A stretch of 64,000 bases of DNA from an uncultured delta proteobacterium. GTDB lineage: Bacteria > Desulfobacterota > Binatia > Binatales > Binataceae. A program made the position numbers and the translations under genes. The stretch is taken from NCBI GenBank assembly GCA_963717005.1, contig OY970324.1, forward strand, positions 658,937-722,936. Reading direction: 5' to 3'. Positions 30,199 through 39,810 of this stretch are shown in pieces; the first letter of the stretch is position 1, and every line of letters starts with the position of its first letter. The notes below the pieces were generated by a model. It ran no database searches. It saw nothing but the letters and a program-made list of their open reading frames with translations, and was not told the DNA's origin.

Positions 30199-30978
30199 AT
30201 GGCTCGTCTGACCGGCAAAGTGGCGTTAATCGTCGGCGGCGGCGCCGACGGCCCGGCGAAAGCCGGCGACCAGCTCTCAATCGGCAACGGGCGCGCGACC
30301 GCGATAATGTGCGCGCGCGAAGGCGCGGCCGTGATGGTCGCCGATCGCTCGCTCGAGCTCGCGCAGCAGACTGCCGCCGCGATTCGCGACGAAGGCGGTC
30401 GCGCCGACGCAGTCGCCGCCGACGTCAGCATCGAGGATCAATGCCGTGGCGCGGTCGAAGCCACGATGCGCGCATTCTCCGCGATCCATTTGCTCGTCAA
30501 CAACGTCGGCATCGCGATCGGCGGCAACCTGCTCAAGACCACCACCGAAAATTTCGACAAGATGCTCGCGGTCAACCTGCGCAGCCATTTCCTGATGATG
30601 CGTTACGCGGTGCCCGAAATCGCGAAAGCCGGCGGTGGCGCGATTGTCAACGTGTCGTCGCTGGCCGCGCTCCGCAGCAACTCGCAGATCTCCTACGAGG
30701 CGACCAAGGCCGCGCTGCTCGGACTTTCGCGCTCGGCCGCGGTCTCGCACGCGCGCGACAACATCCGGGTCAACACGATCCTGCCAGGGCTGATTGACTC
30801 CTCGATGGTGCGACGCCTCGTCGGTGACCGCGAAGGCGCCGTCGGCCCGCGAATCCCGATGCGCCGGCAGGGCACGCCGTGGGAAATCGCAAACGCCATC
30901 GTCTTTCTGCTCTCCGACGACGCGTCCTACATCACCGGCACCGAACTGATCGTCGATGGCGGCCTCGCCGCGCGCTGA
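30199..30978 (+). CDS. Short-chain dehydrogenase/reductase
   Basis: LVNNVGI, IVNVSS, YEATK catalytic motif, IRVNTILPG, YITGTELIVDGG. Confidence 0.93.
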   Translation: MARLTGKVALIVGGGADGPAKAGDQLSIGNGRATAIMCAREGAAVMVADRSLELAQQTAAAIRDEGGRADAVAADVSIEDQCRGAVEATMRAFSAIHLLVNNVGIAIGGNLLKTTTENFDKMLAVNLRSHFLMMRYAVPEIAKAGGGAIVNVSSLAALRSNSQISYEATKAALLGLSRSAAVSHARDNIRVNTILPGLIDSSMVRRLVGDREGAVGPRIPMRRQGTPWEIANAIVFLLSDDASYITGTELIVDGGLAAR

Positions 30979-30995
30979 GCGTCGCGAGGTGAATC

Positions 30996-32006
30996 ATGCG
31001 CAAGGTTAAAGTTGGCTATCAGCTCGATTTCCGCAATCCGCCCGGCTCGGGGTTGTCGTTTCGCGATCTCTATCGCGAGTCGCTCGCGCAGGTTGAGGCG
31101 GCCGAGCGCCTCGGCTTCGATTCCATCTGGCTCACCGAACATCATTTCACCGACGACGGCTACCTCCCGGCGCTGATGCCGGCGGCCGCCGCTATCGCGG
31201 CGCGCACCGCGCGCGTGACTATCGGCACCTACGTCCTGCTCGCGCCGTTCTTTCATCCGCTGAAGCTGGCGGAGGACGCCGCCTTCGTCGATGTAATCTC
31301 GAACGGACGGCTGCGGCTGGGAATCGGTCTCGGCTACCGCGCCGAGGAGTTCGAAGGCTTTGGCGTGCCGCGCGCCCAGCGACTCGGGCGTACGCTCGAG
31401 ACGATTGAGATTCTCAAGCGCGCGTGGACTGGCGAGCGTTTCAGCTTCGACGGCAAATATTTCAAGTTTCGCGATGTGCGCGTGCTGCCGCGACCCGTCA
31501 GTCAGCCGCATCCGGAATTGTTGTGGGGAGCGGGCGCCGCAAAATCGATTCGGCGCGCCGCCGAGCTCGAGATGGGATTCGCATGCGTCGGCGGACGCCG
31601 CGAAATCGGCATCTATCTCGACGCGCTCAAGACCGCCGGCAAGGACGCCGCGCGCTATAGCATCGTCAACAGCCGCGTCGTGTACGTCGCCGACAGCGAA
31701 GAGGATGCGTGGCGCGACACCCGCGACGCGCTGATGTACCAGGCCGAGCTGTACGGCAAATGGCTCTCGGCCGCGGCCGGCACCACCGACCAGAGCAAGG
31801 TGCTGATTCGTCCCGACGCCGAGCGCTTGAGGCGCACCAGCGTGCTCGGAACGGCGTCAGAGGTAGCCGCACGGCTCGAGGAAATACTCGAATCGACTCC
31901 TATGACCGAGCTAATCGTCGTGACCCAATTGCCGGGACTCGATCCCGCCAAGGCGCGTCGCTCGCTGGATCGATTCGGCGCCGAAGTTTTGCCGCGCTTC
32001 AAGTAG
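30996..32006 (+). CDS. LLM class flavin-dependent oxidoreductase
   Basis: AERLGFDSIWLTEHHF, HPLKLAEDAA.VD.IS.GRL.LGIGLGYR..EF. Confidence 0.93.
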   Translation: MRKVKVGYQLDFRNPPGSGLSFRDLYRESLAQVEAAERLGFDSIWLTEHHFTDDGYLPALMPAAAAIAARTARVTIGTYVLLAPFFHPLKLAEDAAFVDVISNGRLRLGIGLGYRAEEFEGFGVPRAQRLGRTLETIEILKRAWTGERFSFDGKYFKFRDVRVLPRPVSQPHPELLWGAGAAKSIRRAAELEMGFACVGGRREIGIYLDALKTAGKDAARYSIVNSRVVYVADSEEDAWRDTRDALMYQAELYGKWLSAAAGTTDQSKVLIRPDAERLRRTSVLGTASEVAARLEEILESTPMTELIVVTQLPGLDPAKARRSLDRFGAEVLPRFK

Positions 32007-32018
32007 CCCGCTTCTGCC

Positions 32019-34052
32019 TCACTCCTCCAGGTCTGGCGAGAGCGACGCGATCGAGTGCCTCATGCTCTTGAGCTGGTTGATGATACCGACCAGTTTACCG
32101 CGATTGCGCTGCTCGGCAGCCTTCTTGAGCTCGTTCTCGAGCTTGCGAGCCTGCATCTGGACGGTGAGGTAGTTGGGCGGCACGGTCACCTGGGCACCCG
32201 CGATCAAGCGATCGACATCGGCCAGCTCTCCCGTGCACAGCAGGACTTGCACTTTAGTTGGCTGGTTAAGATTGATCAGGGTAACCGAATCGCCTACCAG
32301 CCGCTCGCAGTCGGCGATCGCGTACACCGAGCTCAACGACCGTAGGAAGAAGCCCAACGTATTTAATACTTGCTGAGTTTCGGTCGGGTCGGAGAAGTAA
32401 GTGTTGGCGAGAGTGGCCAGCGCCTGGGCCCCGGTCTCGCCCTTCCTGGGAGCTGTAAATGCCTTGATCGCATCGCCCGTGGGTGAAAAATAAAATGAAA
32501 TAGCGCCTTCGAGGGTATTGAAAGCGCCATTGTGGAAAAACGACTTCTTGCGGGCCGATTCGATCAAAGGTTGAAGATTGAAGGCGCCCTCTTTCAAACC
32601 GGATCCGCTGATACACCCGGTGTTGCCGCCTGAATTTATGCCGTTGTTACAGTCACTGCCCGACGACGATACCGCTGTCGCCCCATTGGCAACTTTATCG
32701 CCCGCATCCTGAGGAAAGATGATCGGCGCCACCATCGCGTTGAGTCCATGCGCGGTTGCCGTCGCGCCGTTGAGGCATGTGGTCGGCGAGCCGTTTGCGT
32801 CAGTGCACCTCAGAAGATCCACCAATTGCTTCGAGGTGAAGTTACGTCCCGGAAAAGGAGCGGAGGGGTCATTGGGGTTGGGTGCATGGACCAGACCGGT
32901 GGCGTCGTTTGCGCCGGCATTGAAGTGGCAAAGATTGCACTCGGTATTGCCGTTGAGAAATATCGCCTTACCCGTTTCAGCCGTGCTGTCCTTGAAGGTG
33001 ATAACGGGTTGCGATGCGTCGACCTGCGTTCCCGCGGCGAAATTGGTCAGTGTATCGGTGCCATCGTCCGCGTCGCTGTTCACGCCCTGCTTCAGAGCGA
33101 ACTCGTATCGGCGGCCGAGGTACTCCTGGAAAGCCGCGATGGCGTCCAGTTCCGCGGACGTTGGACAGCGGAAATCGACGCCGGGTACCCGGTTGAGGCT
33201 CCGCGTCAGGTGAGTCTGGACCGCGGTGAGCGAAAAGGCTCGCAGCGACTTGGTCAGATCCAGGGGGTCGGCGTTCGCCGCGTCGATAGCATCCCGGCAG
33301 TCCTGATTCAGGGAAGTAGTGGTGGCTCCGAAAGCATCGGGGTCGGCGAGCGTGCCGTCTCCTGACCAACCGAGCTCGATATTGCGAGTGCCGTCATCAA
33401 CCCCCGGATTTGCGGTCCCGAACGTTGGAGGATTATCATTAAGAAATACGTTAGTCAGCGGAAAAGGCACCGCGCTGGCCGGAAACGGCGGCGGCAAAGA
33501 CCCGCAAATGACCGCGACCAAATCTGTGCCGTTCTCGATTACCCCAGGCGGCGAGTCGTTAGCGCAGAAATCTGGCAGGAAGTTCGAGGTTGTTAAGCTC
33601 AACCCCGCAATCGTCATCGAAGCGCGAAACGGGCCGACCGGCGTGTTGGTTGATCCTACTTCATCAGGTGTGCCCCCTACACCAGCGTTGATGTTGAACA
33701 GCCCGAGGGTTTGCACCATCGTCGAGTTCTCCAACGTGCCGTTGCCGGCGTTCCCTGGGGCGACGCTGGCCGCGAAGAGCAATTTCTTCTGATGAGCGCT
33801 CAGCGTCGGGATGTCTGCCGGGGTGATATCGAAGTCGCTTTGCGGGAGATGGCAGGTTGAGCAGGTGCGGCCGTTTCCGTTGAAGGTTTGCTTGGTGAAA
33901 ATCTTGAATCCGTGATCGATTAGCTTGGCCGATTTGGCGTCAATCGCCCACGCTCTCGAGCCAATCGTACCCGGAAGCAGCAGTGCCAGAGCATGGATCG
34001 CGAGGATCGACGACCACGTGCTTCGTCTTGCAACTGTTCGCTGTGCTTTCAT
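32019..34052 (-). CDS. Secreted diheme c-type cytochrome, cytochrome c peroxidase/MauG superfamily-like
   Basis: Signal peptide ending RAWA; two CxxCH motifs (GRTCSTCH, GKAIF...ECNLCH); FNLQPL...FFHNGAFNTLEGAISFY resembles the CCP C-terminal motif; 10 additional Cys. Confidence 0.75.
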   Translation of the reverse strand: MKAQRTVARRSTWSSILAIHALALLLPGTIGSRAWAIDAKSAKLIDHGFKIFTKQTFNGNGRTCSTCHLPQSDFDITPADIPTLSAHQKKLLFAASVAPGNAGNGTLENSTMVQTLGLFNINAGVGGTPDEVGSTNTPVGPFRASMTIAGLSLTTSNFLPDFCANDSPPGVIENGTDLVAVICGSLPPPFPASAVPFPLTNVFLNDNPPTFGTANPGVDDGTRNIELGWSGDGTLADPDAFGATTTSLNQDCRDAIDAANADPLDLTKSLRAFSLTAVQTHLTRSLNRVPGVDFRCPTSAELDAIAAFQEYLGRRYEFALKQGVNSDADDGTDTLTNFAAGTQVDASQPVITFKDSTAETGKAIFLNGNTECNLCHFNAGANDATGLVHAPNPNDPSAPFPGRNFTSKQLVDLLRCTDANGSPTTCLNGATATAHGLNAMVAPIIFPQDAGDKVANGATAVSSSGSDCNNGINSGGNTGCISGSGLKEGAFNLQPLIESARKKSFFHNGAFNTLEGAISFYFSPTGDAIKAFTAPRKGETGAQALATLANTYFSDPTETQQVLNTLGFFLRSLSSVYAIADCERLVGDSVTLINLNQPTKVQVLLCTGELADVDRLIAGAQVTVPPNYLTVQMQARKLENELKKAAEQRNRGKLVGIINQLKSMRHSIASLSPDLEE

Positions 34053-34219
34053 ACGGAAGTCCTCCTCTCCCGGCCAACAGTCGAATCCCCTCTGACCCCT
34101 TTCGTTACTCCCCCGCTGGCCGCGTCCGGCCTTCTTGGACTCTTGGACGCGAATGAAAACCTCAATAATCTAGCTAAATATTGCGTACAAGTCTCTTAAC
34201 AGCTCTTAGAGACACAAAA

Positions 34220-34249
34220 GAAAGCCCCTAGTGTTACCTAGGGGCTTTC
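34220..34249 (-). terminator. Intrinsic terminator after the collagen-like genes
   Basis: Perfect 12-bp stem GAAAGCCCCTAG/CTAGGGGCTTTC with 6-nt loop, followed by TTTTGT on the minus strand. Confidence 0.8.
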
Positions 34250-34280
34250 GGTCTCTCAATTCGATCGGTCGCGTGTGCGG

Positions 34281-35261
34281 TTACGGAACAATAAGCCCCG
34301 CACCGTGATCGTAAGTCACCGACCATTTCACGTTGGCGTGATTCGCGCCCGGATAGTCGGCGTACGCCCACAGACTCATTTCATCGGGATTCGGCACCGG
34401 CTGGCCACCAACCCCAGGAGGGGGTGTGACAGTCACATTGAAGAATTGCGAGCCAGTCAGGTCGCTGCAGGTCGTGTCGGGCCCGGTAATGAAGCAGCTA
34501 AGACCGCAATTCGACGGAAAGTTATTACCGTTGCACAGGAAGAACCAGAAAGTGCTCGGGATCCCGGTATTCATCTGGGTGCCGGGGTCATTGTCCACGT
34601 TCACGAACAAGCGTCTCGCAGTTCCTATCTCGGACATCGGCACTTCAGGCGCCTGGGACGTGTCTGAACCGTTGCCCGGTCCGAGGATCAGGATGGTGCC
34701 AGGATTTCCGACGCTGTTATTACCCGAGAGATCGACGTTGAAGAGGTTTCCGAGCGTGCCCATCGAGCCGCCCGTGAAGACGGAAATATTCGGCTCCGGG
34801 ATTCCGGGCGTGCCTGAAGGTCCAATCGGCCCAGTCACGCCGACCAACCCGGTTGGGCCGCGGAGTCCATCTTCACCCATTATTCCTGCCGGCCCAGTCG
34901 GGCCTGTCGGTCCGATGGCGCCCTGAGGACCCTGCGGTCCAAAAGCCCCCTGCGCACCCGCAGGTCCCTGGTCGCCTGGGTAGCCTTGGGGCCCCTGTGT
35001 GCCAGGGAGACCGGGATCACCGGCCACGCCTCGCATCCCGGTGTAACCGGCGGGACCGGTCGTCACCCAATCCAGTTCACTGGTGTTGCCGGTGCAGCCG
35101 TCAATCCCGAGATTGATGCCCTTGATTTTACCGGTGTGGTTGTTGATACAGATCTCAATATTCTCGGCGCGGCCGACGCCCGGTAGTGCCGCCACGCAGA
35201 GTATCGTAGCGGCGGTCGCACCGACCAGCCAACGCCACGCGAATTTAGACAAAGCAGGCAT
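34281..35261 (-). CDS. Secreted collagen-like protein (29 Gly-X-Y triplets)
   Basis: RBS GGAGG before ATG 35261; signal peptide ending GRA; Cys-pair N-domain; uninterrupted G-X-Y tract; Cys-containing C-domain with GPGNG. Confidence 0.88.
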   Translation of the reverse strand: MPALSKFAWRWLVGATAATILCVAALPGVGRAENIEICINNHTGKIKGINLGIDGCTGNTSELDWVTTGPAGYTGMRGVAGDPGLPGTQGPQGYPGDQGPAGAQGAFGPQGPQGAIGPTGPTGPAGIMGEDGLRGPTGLVGVTGPIGPSGTPGIPEPNISVFTGGSMGTLGNLFNVDLSGNNSVGNPGTILILGPGNGSDTSQAPEVPMSEIGTARRLFVNVDNDPGTQMNTGIPSTFWFFLCNGNNFPSNCGLSCFITGPDTTCSDLTGSQFFNVTVTPPPGVGGQPVPNPDEMSLWAYADYPGANHANVKWSVTYDHGAGLIVP

Positions 35262-35348
35262 GTTGACGCCCTCCATTTTCTGTTGCCCTCCACCCGTGAT
35301 GACTTCCGATCGCGATTTCATCTGTCTTGTCCTCCTCGCGTCCCGGAA

Positions 35349-36362
35349 TCAGAAAGCGTCCGCAGGGGCGATCGCATAGTCCAGCGACCAATTGACGTTG
35401 ACGGGATTGGTGGCGATTGTGGCCTCGGATTTGTAGGCCTGAATCGAGAGAGTATCGCCTGGCGCGTAATCCAGGCTCAGGGCGCTTCCGATAAAGGTGG
35501 AAGTCGAGCAAACCGTCGAATCCGAATTCGGGAAAGTGTCATTCGCGACAGCGCAGAACGGATTCGTCATTATGTCGCAGTCCGCCTCGTTACACAGGAT
35601 GAAAGTGTATTGGGCACCGAGAGGACCCGCATCTCCGGGTGTAATCGCAACCGTCATATTGAAAGCTGTGCCGCCCGGAGTTGGCACCTGAACGCTGGTC
35701 TGCGGACCTGCAACCGGGGCAGGAGGAATCGAAGTGATGCCTTCTCCCGAGGCGCCATTTCCCGGTCCCAGGTACAAGGGGGTGGTTGGCACTCCGAGGT
35801 TTCCCGAAAACTGAGTCAGTTGGATAGACGCAGCCCCGCTGATTGTTCCGCCAAGCGTGCCGCCGCTGAGAATCTCAACGTTGTCGCCCGGACCAAATGA
35901 GGGAGTTCCGCTGGGTCCCGTCGGCCCGACTGCGCCCACAGGCCCGGTTGGTCCCGGATATCCCGTATTGCCCGTCGGTCCCGCAATACCGGTAAAGCCT
36001 TGCACTCCGGCCGGACCAGTCAGGCCCTGCGATCCCATTGGGCCCGTCGGACCTACTGGACCAACCAGACCTTGCGAGCCTGTCGGTCCGACCGCGCCGG
36101 GTGCACCAGCGGGACCGGTGTAACCCTGATATCCCTGTGGACCCTGTGGCCCGGGAAGATTCCAGACCAATGAGATGTTGTGGTTTTTGCAAACATGGTT
36201 GACCCCGATAATCTTGCCGCTCCTGGCGATGCAGAGATTGATGGGTCCGGTATCCGGTGTCTGCGCCAGCGCGTTCGATGCCGGCGCGATAGCCGCTATT
36301 AACATCGCAGCCGCCGATGCTCCGACGAGCCAGCGCCACGCGTTCTTGAAAGAATGAGGCAT
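35349..36362 (-). CDS. Secreted collagen-like protein (28 Gly-X-Y triplets)
   Basis: RBS AGGGAGG before ATG 36362; signal peptide ending ALA; same domain plan as its neighbours. Confidence 0.88.
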   Translation of the reverse strand: MPHSFKNAWRWLVGASAAAMLIAAIAPASNALAQTPDTGPINLCIARSGKIIGVNHVCKNHNISLVWNLPGPQGPQGYQGYTGPAGAPGAVGPTGSQGLVGPVGPTGPMGSQGLTGPAGVQGFTGIAGPTGNTGYPGPTGPVGAVGPTGPSGTPSFGPGDNVEILSGGTLGGTISGAASIQLTQFSGNLGVPTTPLYLGPGNGASGEGITSIPPAPVAGPQTSVQVPTPGGTAFNMTVAITPGDAGPLGAQYTFILCNEADCDIMTNPFCAVANDTFPNSDSTVCSTSTFIGSALSLDYAPGDTLSIQAYKSEATIATNPVNVNWSLDYAIAPADAF

Positions 36363-36427
36363 TATCGTCCCCTCCCTGACTGTTACCATTCGCGTACTCG
36401 GCATTCCCATTCCCCTATTCCGCCCGC

Positions 36428-37384
36428 TCAAGGGCCAACCACGATTGGGACATCGCCACCGGTCTGATGAACTACGACCATCCACGAAAGCTCGGTCGGC
36501 TCCGCACCATTGCTCGCGGTCGCCTTGAGGGCGATGGTGTCACCGGCGTTGAAGTGCTGGCTATCCACGAGATCCTTGCACTCGGTCAGGTTCGGCTGAT
36601 TGATAAAGCAGGTGACCGGTGACGACGAGCAGTCGCTATTTTTGCACAGTTGGAAGGTATAGCTCTCGCCCGGTCCCGGCACGTTCTTGGTCTGGACCCA
36701 GAGCTGAGTCACAGTCGAAGCGTCGATTGGTACCGCTACGCTCTCAAGCTGCGTATCAGCGCCATTACCCGGACCATAGTAAATCGGGCTATTGCTGCAA
36801 GTGCCGGTCGAGCAGAATGGGTTTGCGCCGGTCGGGCCGGACGGGCCACCCAATACGCTCGTATAGCCAAACAGCAGTTCGACGTTGCTGCCCAAGTCGC
36901 CGCCGCCAAGCGTGTAGAATTGGGTTCCGTTGACGCCGTTAACACCGGCGGCTCCTGTCGGTCCAGTCGGACCAGTCGCTCCAGTCGGTCCAGTAGGGCC
37001 TTGCGGTCCCTGCTGACCCATTTCTCCGGCAGGACCGATTGGCCCAGTGGCTCCCACATCTCCTACTGGCCCGATCGCACCGGCCGGTCCTACAGGACCT
37101 TGAGGTCCCTTCTCACCCGCAGTGCCGGTAGGTCCTTGCGGTCCTTGCTGACCCTTGGGACCCTGAGGTCCGGTTGGCCCGGTCACGCCGTTGCTATCCC
37201 AGGTGATCAACCGATTCGGCTTGCTGCAGGTGCCACCGAGCGGCAAAACAACCTTCTGGGCGCTCGGCGATATACAGAGCGTGAGTATGTCCGCCTGACC
37301 GGATCCCGGCGCGGCGGCGAGTAACAGCGCCCCCACCGCGACGCCCAGTACCATGCGTCGGGCATGCTTGAGTGATTCGTGCAT
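36428..37384 (-). CDS. Secreted collagen-like protein (30 Gly-X-Y triplets)
   Basis: RBS AGGGAGG; signal peptide ending GQA; Thr/Gln-rich G-X-Y tract; C-domain with GPGNG and FQLC. Confidence 0.88.
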   Translation of the reverse strand: MHESLKHARRMVLGVAVGALLLAAAPGSGQADILTLCISPSAQKVVLPLGGTCSKPNRLITWDSNGVTGPTGPQGPKGQQGPQGPTGTAGEKGPQGPVGPAGAIGPVGDVGATGPIGPAGEMGQQGPQGPTGPTGATGPTGPTGAAGVNGVNGTQFYTLGGGDLGSNVELLFGYTSVLGGPSGPTGANPFCSTGTCSNSPIYYGPGNGADTQLESVAVPIDASTVTQLWVQTKNVPGPGESYTFQLCKNSDCSSSPVTCFINQPNLTECKDLVDSQHFNAGDTIALKATASNGAEPTELSWMVVVHQTGGDVPIVVGP

Positions 37385-37747
37385 TTACCATCCCTCCCTA
37401 GAAACTCGCGCCAGAGATTAGCTGGCCTGCCTCGCCCAAATCGGGAACCCGAAGTATGATCGCGGCCCCCCCCGGGACACTTTGCCGAAACCTTTGTCGC
37501 AGAAAACCACAGGTAGAGTCAACCACCCCTGACAAATGCCTTTTCGCCCTAGCCATCGATAACGGTCGCATCCTTCAGTTCCGTGTAGCTTAGGCATCTG
37601 TTGGGAGCCTGTTTCGTGCCTGTTGATTGTCAGAGGCTCGCACGCTCTAATCGACTCTCCCGCAATGAATATTTCACGCGCTTAAAGCCGCACGCGGAGA
37701 ATTGAAGCTCCGGGGAACGGCCCTTGCCGCTGACCGCTGTCGTGTGT

Positions 37748-37776
37748 TTGCCGAATTCTCCTTGCAGTCGTAGAGT
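37748..37776 (+). promoter_or_regulatory. Sigma70-like promoter TTGCCG-N17-TAGAGT; ATG 37784 lies 7 nt downstream
   Basis: Canonical 17-nt spacer directly before the selenoprotein start. Confidence 0.5.
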
Positions 37777-37783
37777 GAGGCGC

Positions 37784-38632
37784 ATGCCAGTCGCATACAT
37801 TCCTCGCACGCGCGATCTCTACAACGAGTTCACTCCTTATCGATGGGTCGAGAACGATTCCGCGCCGTTCACTCCGCTCACAAAATCCATCGCCGAGTGC
37901 AGAATCGCGATGATCAGCTCCGGCGGCATCATGTATCGCGATCAGCCGCGCTTCCATCGCGAGGACGCGTCGTATCGCCGCATCCCAAAGGATGCGCGCC
38001 GCGACGACCTGAGCGTGTGGCACTTCGGCTATCCGACCCGCGACGCCGAGCGCGACGTCAACTGCGTGTTCCCGCTCGAGCGGATGCGCGAGCTCGAAGC
38101 GGCCGGCGTAATCGGCGCGCTAATCGATCCGGCGTTCAGCTTCATGGGCGGAATTTATTCGGCGCGCAAAGTCCGCGACGAACTCGCTCCACAAATTCTC
38201 GATGAGCTCAAGCGCGCGCATGCCGACGCTTTCTTCCTCGTCCCGGCCTGACCCGTTTGCCATCAGTCCGTTGGACTGATCGCACGCGCGGTCGAGGAAG
38301 CGGGAATCCCCACGCTCGCAATGACTTCCGCCCTCGACATCACGCAGTCGGTGAAGCCGCCGCGCGCGGTGTTCGTAAATTTCCCGCTCGGTCATCAGAC
38401 CGGACCGCCCGATCAACCCGAACTCCAGCGCCGGATCGTCAGCGACGCGATGCGCGCCTTCGAGACCATCACGGCGCCCGCGACCATCGTCGAGCTGCCC
38501 TACGTGTGGGACGCCAACGATCGATCGTGGGAAGAAATCGACTACACGAAAGGATGGATGCCGGCGCGTCCGTCGCGCGAAGCCGCCGACCAACAAGAAG
38601 CCGCGCGCCGGGCAAAATTCCGCCGCCGCTAG
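37784..38632 (+). CDS. PrdB/GrdB-like (proline/glycine reductase selenoprotein B family) selenoprotein with UxxC motif (282 aa, Sec156)
   Basis: IAMISSGG, DVNCVFPLERM.EL...G.IG, FSFMG, then FLVPA-TGA(38249-38251)-PVCHQSVGLIARAVEEAGIPT...PPRAVFVNFPLGH in frame; SECIS-like hairpin after the TGA. Confidence 0.9.
38262..38280 (+). promoter_or_regulatory. Putative bacterial SECIS hairpin (ATCAGTCC-GTT-GGACTGAT)
   Basis: Perfect 8-bp stem with G-leading loop 18 nt after the UGA. Confidence 0.72.
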
Positions 38633-38727
38633 TCGCGACTGGGCACATCTCGCACTTTTCGCGCCGCGCGAGTAGCTTCATCGCAACGGCCCGTCGTCGC
38701 GACGAGAATAACGGGAGGGATTCTATC

Positions 38728-39117
38728 GTGGGATATCATGAGCTCGATCTGGTGACGCTGCTCGCGTTGCTCGAATATTCGATCCTCGGCGTGATGGTTG
38801 GACGCGCGCGGCTGACCTACGGAGTCGAGGCGCCGGCCACCACCGGCAATCCCGACTTCGAGCGCTACTTCCGCGTCCATGAAAACACGCTCGAGGCCCT
38901 GATCGTCTTCATCCCCGCGGTCTGGATATTCTCGCTCACGGTGAACTATCACTTCGGCGTCGCGCTCGGACTGTTGTTCCTGATCGCGCGGATCGTTTAC
39001 GCCCGCGGCTATTTGAGCGCAGCCGCCAAGCGCGGACCGGGGGCAATCGCGTCGGTCGCAATCAACGGCATCCTGGTGCTGGTCAGCCTGGTGTGGATCG
39101 TAATCAAAGTTCTCTGA
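38728..39117 (+). CDS. MAPEG family membrane protein (glutathione metabolism)
   Basis: GTG start after GGGAGG; VGRAR..YGV.APATTG.PDFER.FRVHENTLE; LIARIVYARGY. Confidence 0.9.
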   Translation: MGYHELDLVTLLALLEYSILGVMVGRARLTYGVEAPATTGNPDFERYFRVHENTLEALIVFIPAVWIFSLTVNYHFGVALGLLFLIARIVYARGYLSAAAKRGPGAIASVAINGILVLVSLVWIVIKVL

Positions 39118-39134
39118 GCCATCGCTCACACCCC

Positions 39135-39164
39135 CTGACCTCTTCGTGCGGAAGAAGAGGTCAG
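39135..39164 (+). terminator. Hairpin downstream of MAPEG gene (terminator or REP-like)
   Basis: 11-bp perfect stem CTGACCTCTTC/GAAGAGGTCAG; U-tract weak. Confidence 0.45.
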
Positions 39165-39261
39165 CTTCATCACGCCGCTGCTTTACCTCTCACCCCGACG
39201 CTACTAGTCTCTGTTAGTTCACGATTTCATTTTCAATTCATCACTCAAGGAGAAGTTGCTC

Positions 39262-39783
39262 ATGGCCGAAGAACGCAAAGGCGCCGTTACGATGCGGGGA
39301 AACCCGATGACCCTGGTCGGTCCCGAAATCAAGGTCGGACAAAAAGCACCCAACTTCAACGTCGTCGGCAAGGGGATGGCGCCGGCGACGCTCGATCAGT
39401 TCAAAGGCAAAGTCAAAATCATCACGACCATCCCTTCGCTCGACACTCCGGTCTGCGATGCGGAGACGCGCCGCTTCAACCTCGAGGCAAGCAATCTGCC
39501 GGGCGACGTGCAGATTCTCTCGGTCTCGATGGATCTGCCGTTCGCGCAGGCGCGATGGTGCGGCGCGGCCGGGGTGGACAAGGTCACCACGCTGAGCGAC
39601 TGGCGCAGCGCAAGCTTCGGCACCAACTACGGTGTGTTGATCAAGGAGCTACACCTGCTGGCGCGATGTGTGTTCGTGGTCGATAAGAATGACAACGTGA
39701 CCTACGTCGAGTACGTCAAGGAAGTCGCGGAGCAGCCGAACTACGAAGCCGCGTTGGCAGCGGCCAGGAAGGCAGCCGCCTGA
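39262..39783 (+). CDS. tpx: Thiol peroxidase Tpx
   Basis: MRGNPMTLVG, IPSLDTPVCD.ETRRFN, SMDLPFAQARWC, LARCVFVVD, EQPNYEAAL. Confidence 0.95.
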   Translation: MAEERKGAVTMRGNPMTLVGPEIKVGQKAPNFNVVGKGMAPATLDQFKGKVKIITTIPSLDTPVCDAETRRFNLEASNLPGDVQILSVSMDLPFAQARWCGAAGVDKVTTLSDWRSASFGTNYGVLIKELHLLARCVFVVDKNDNVTYVEYVKEVAEQPNYEAALAAARKAAA

Positions 39784-39810
39784 CATCAACTGCAAGCCGT
39801 CCGGATCCTA

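Noticed and set aside
37607-37620. GG-N10-GC sigma54-like site upstream of the collagen genes (minus strand)
   Set aside because: Spacing fits, but the TGGCAC/TTGC consensus is poorly matched; no convincing riboswitch was seen in this leader either
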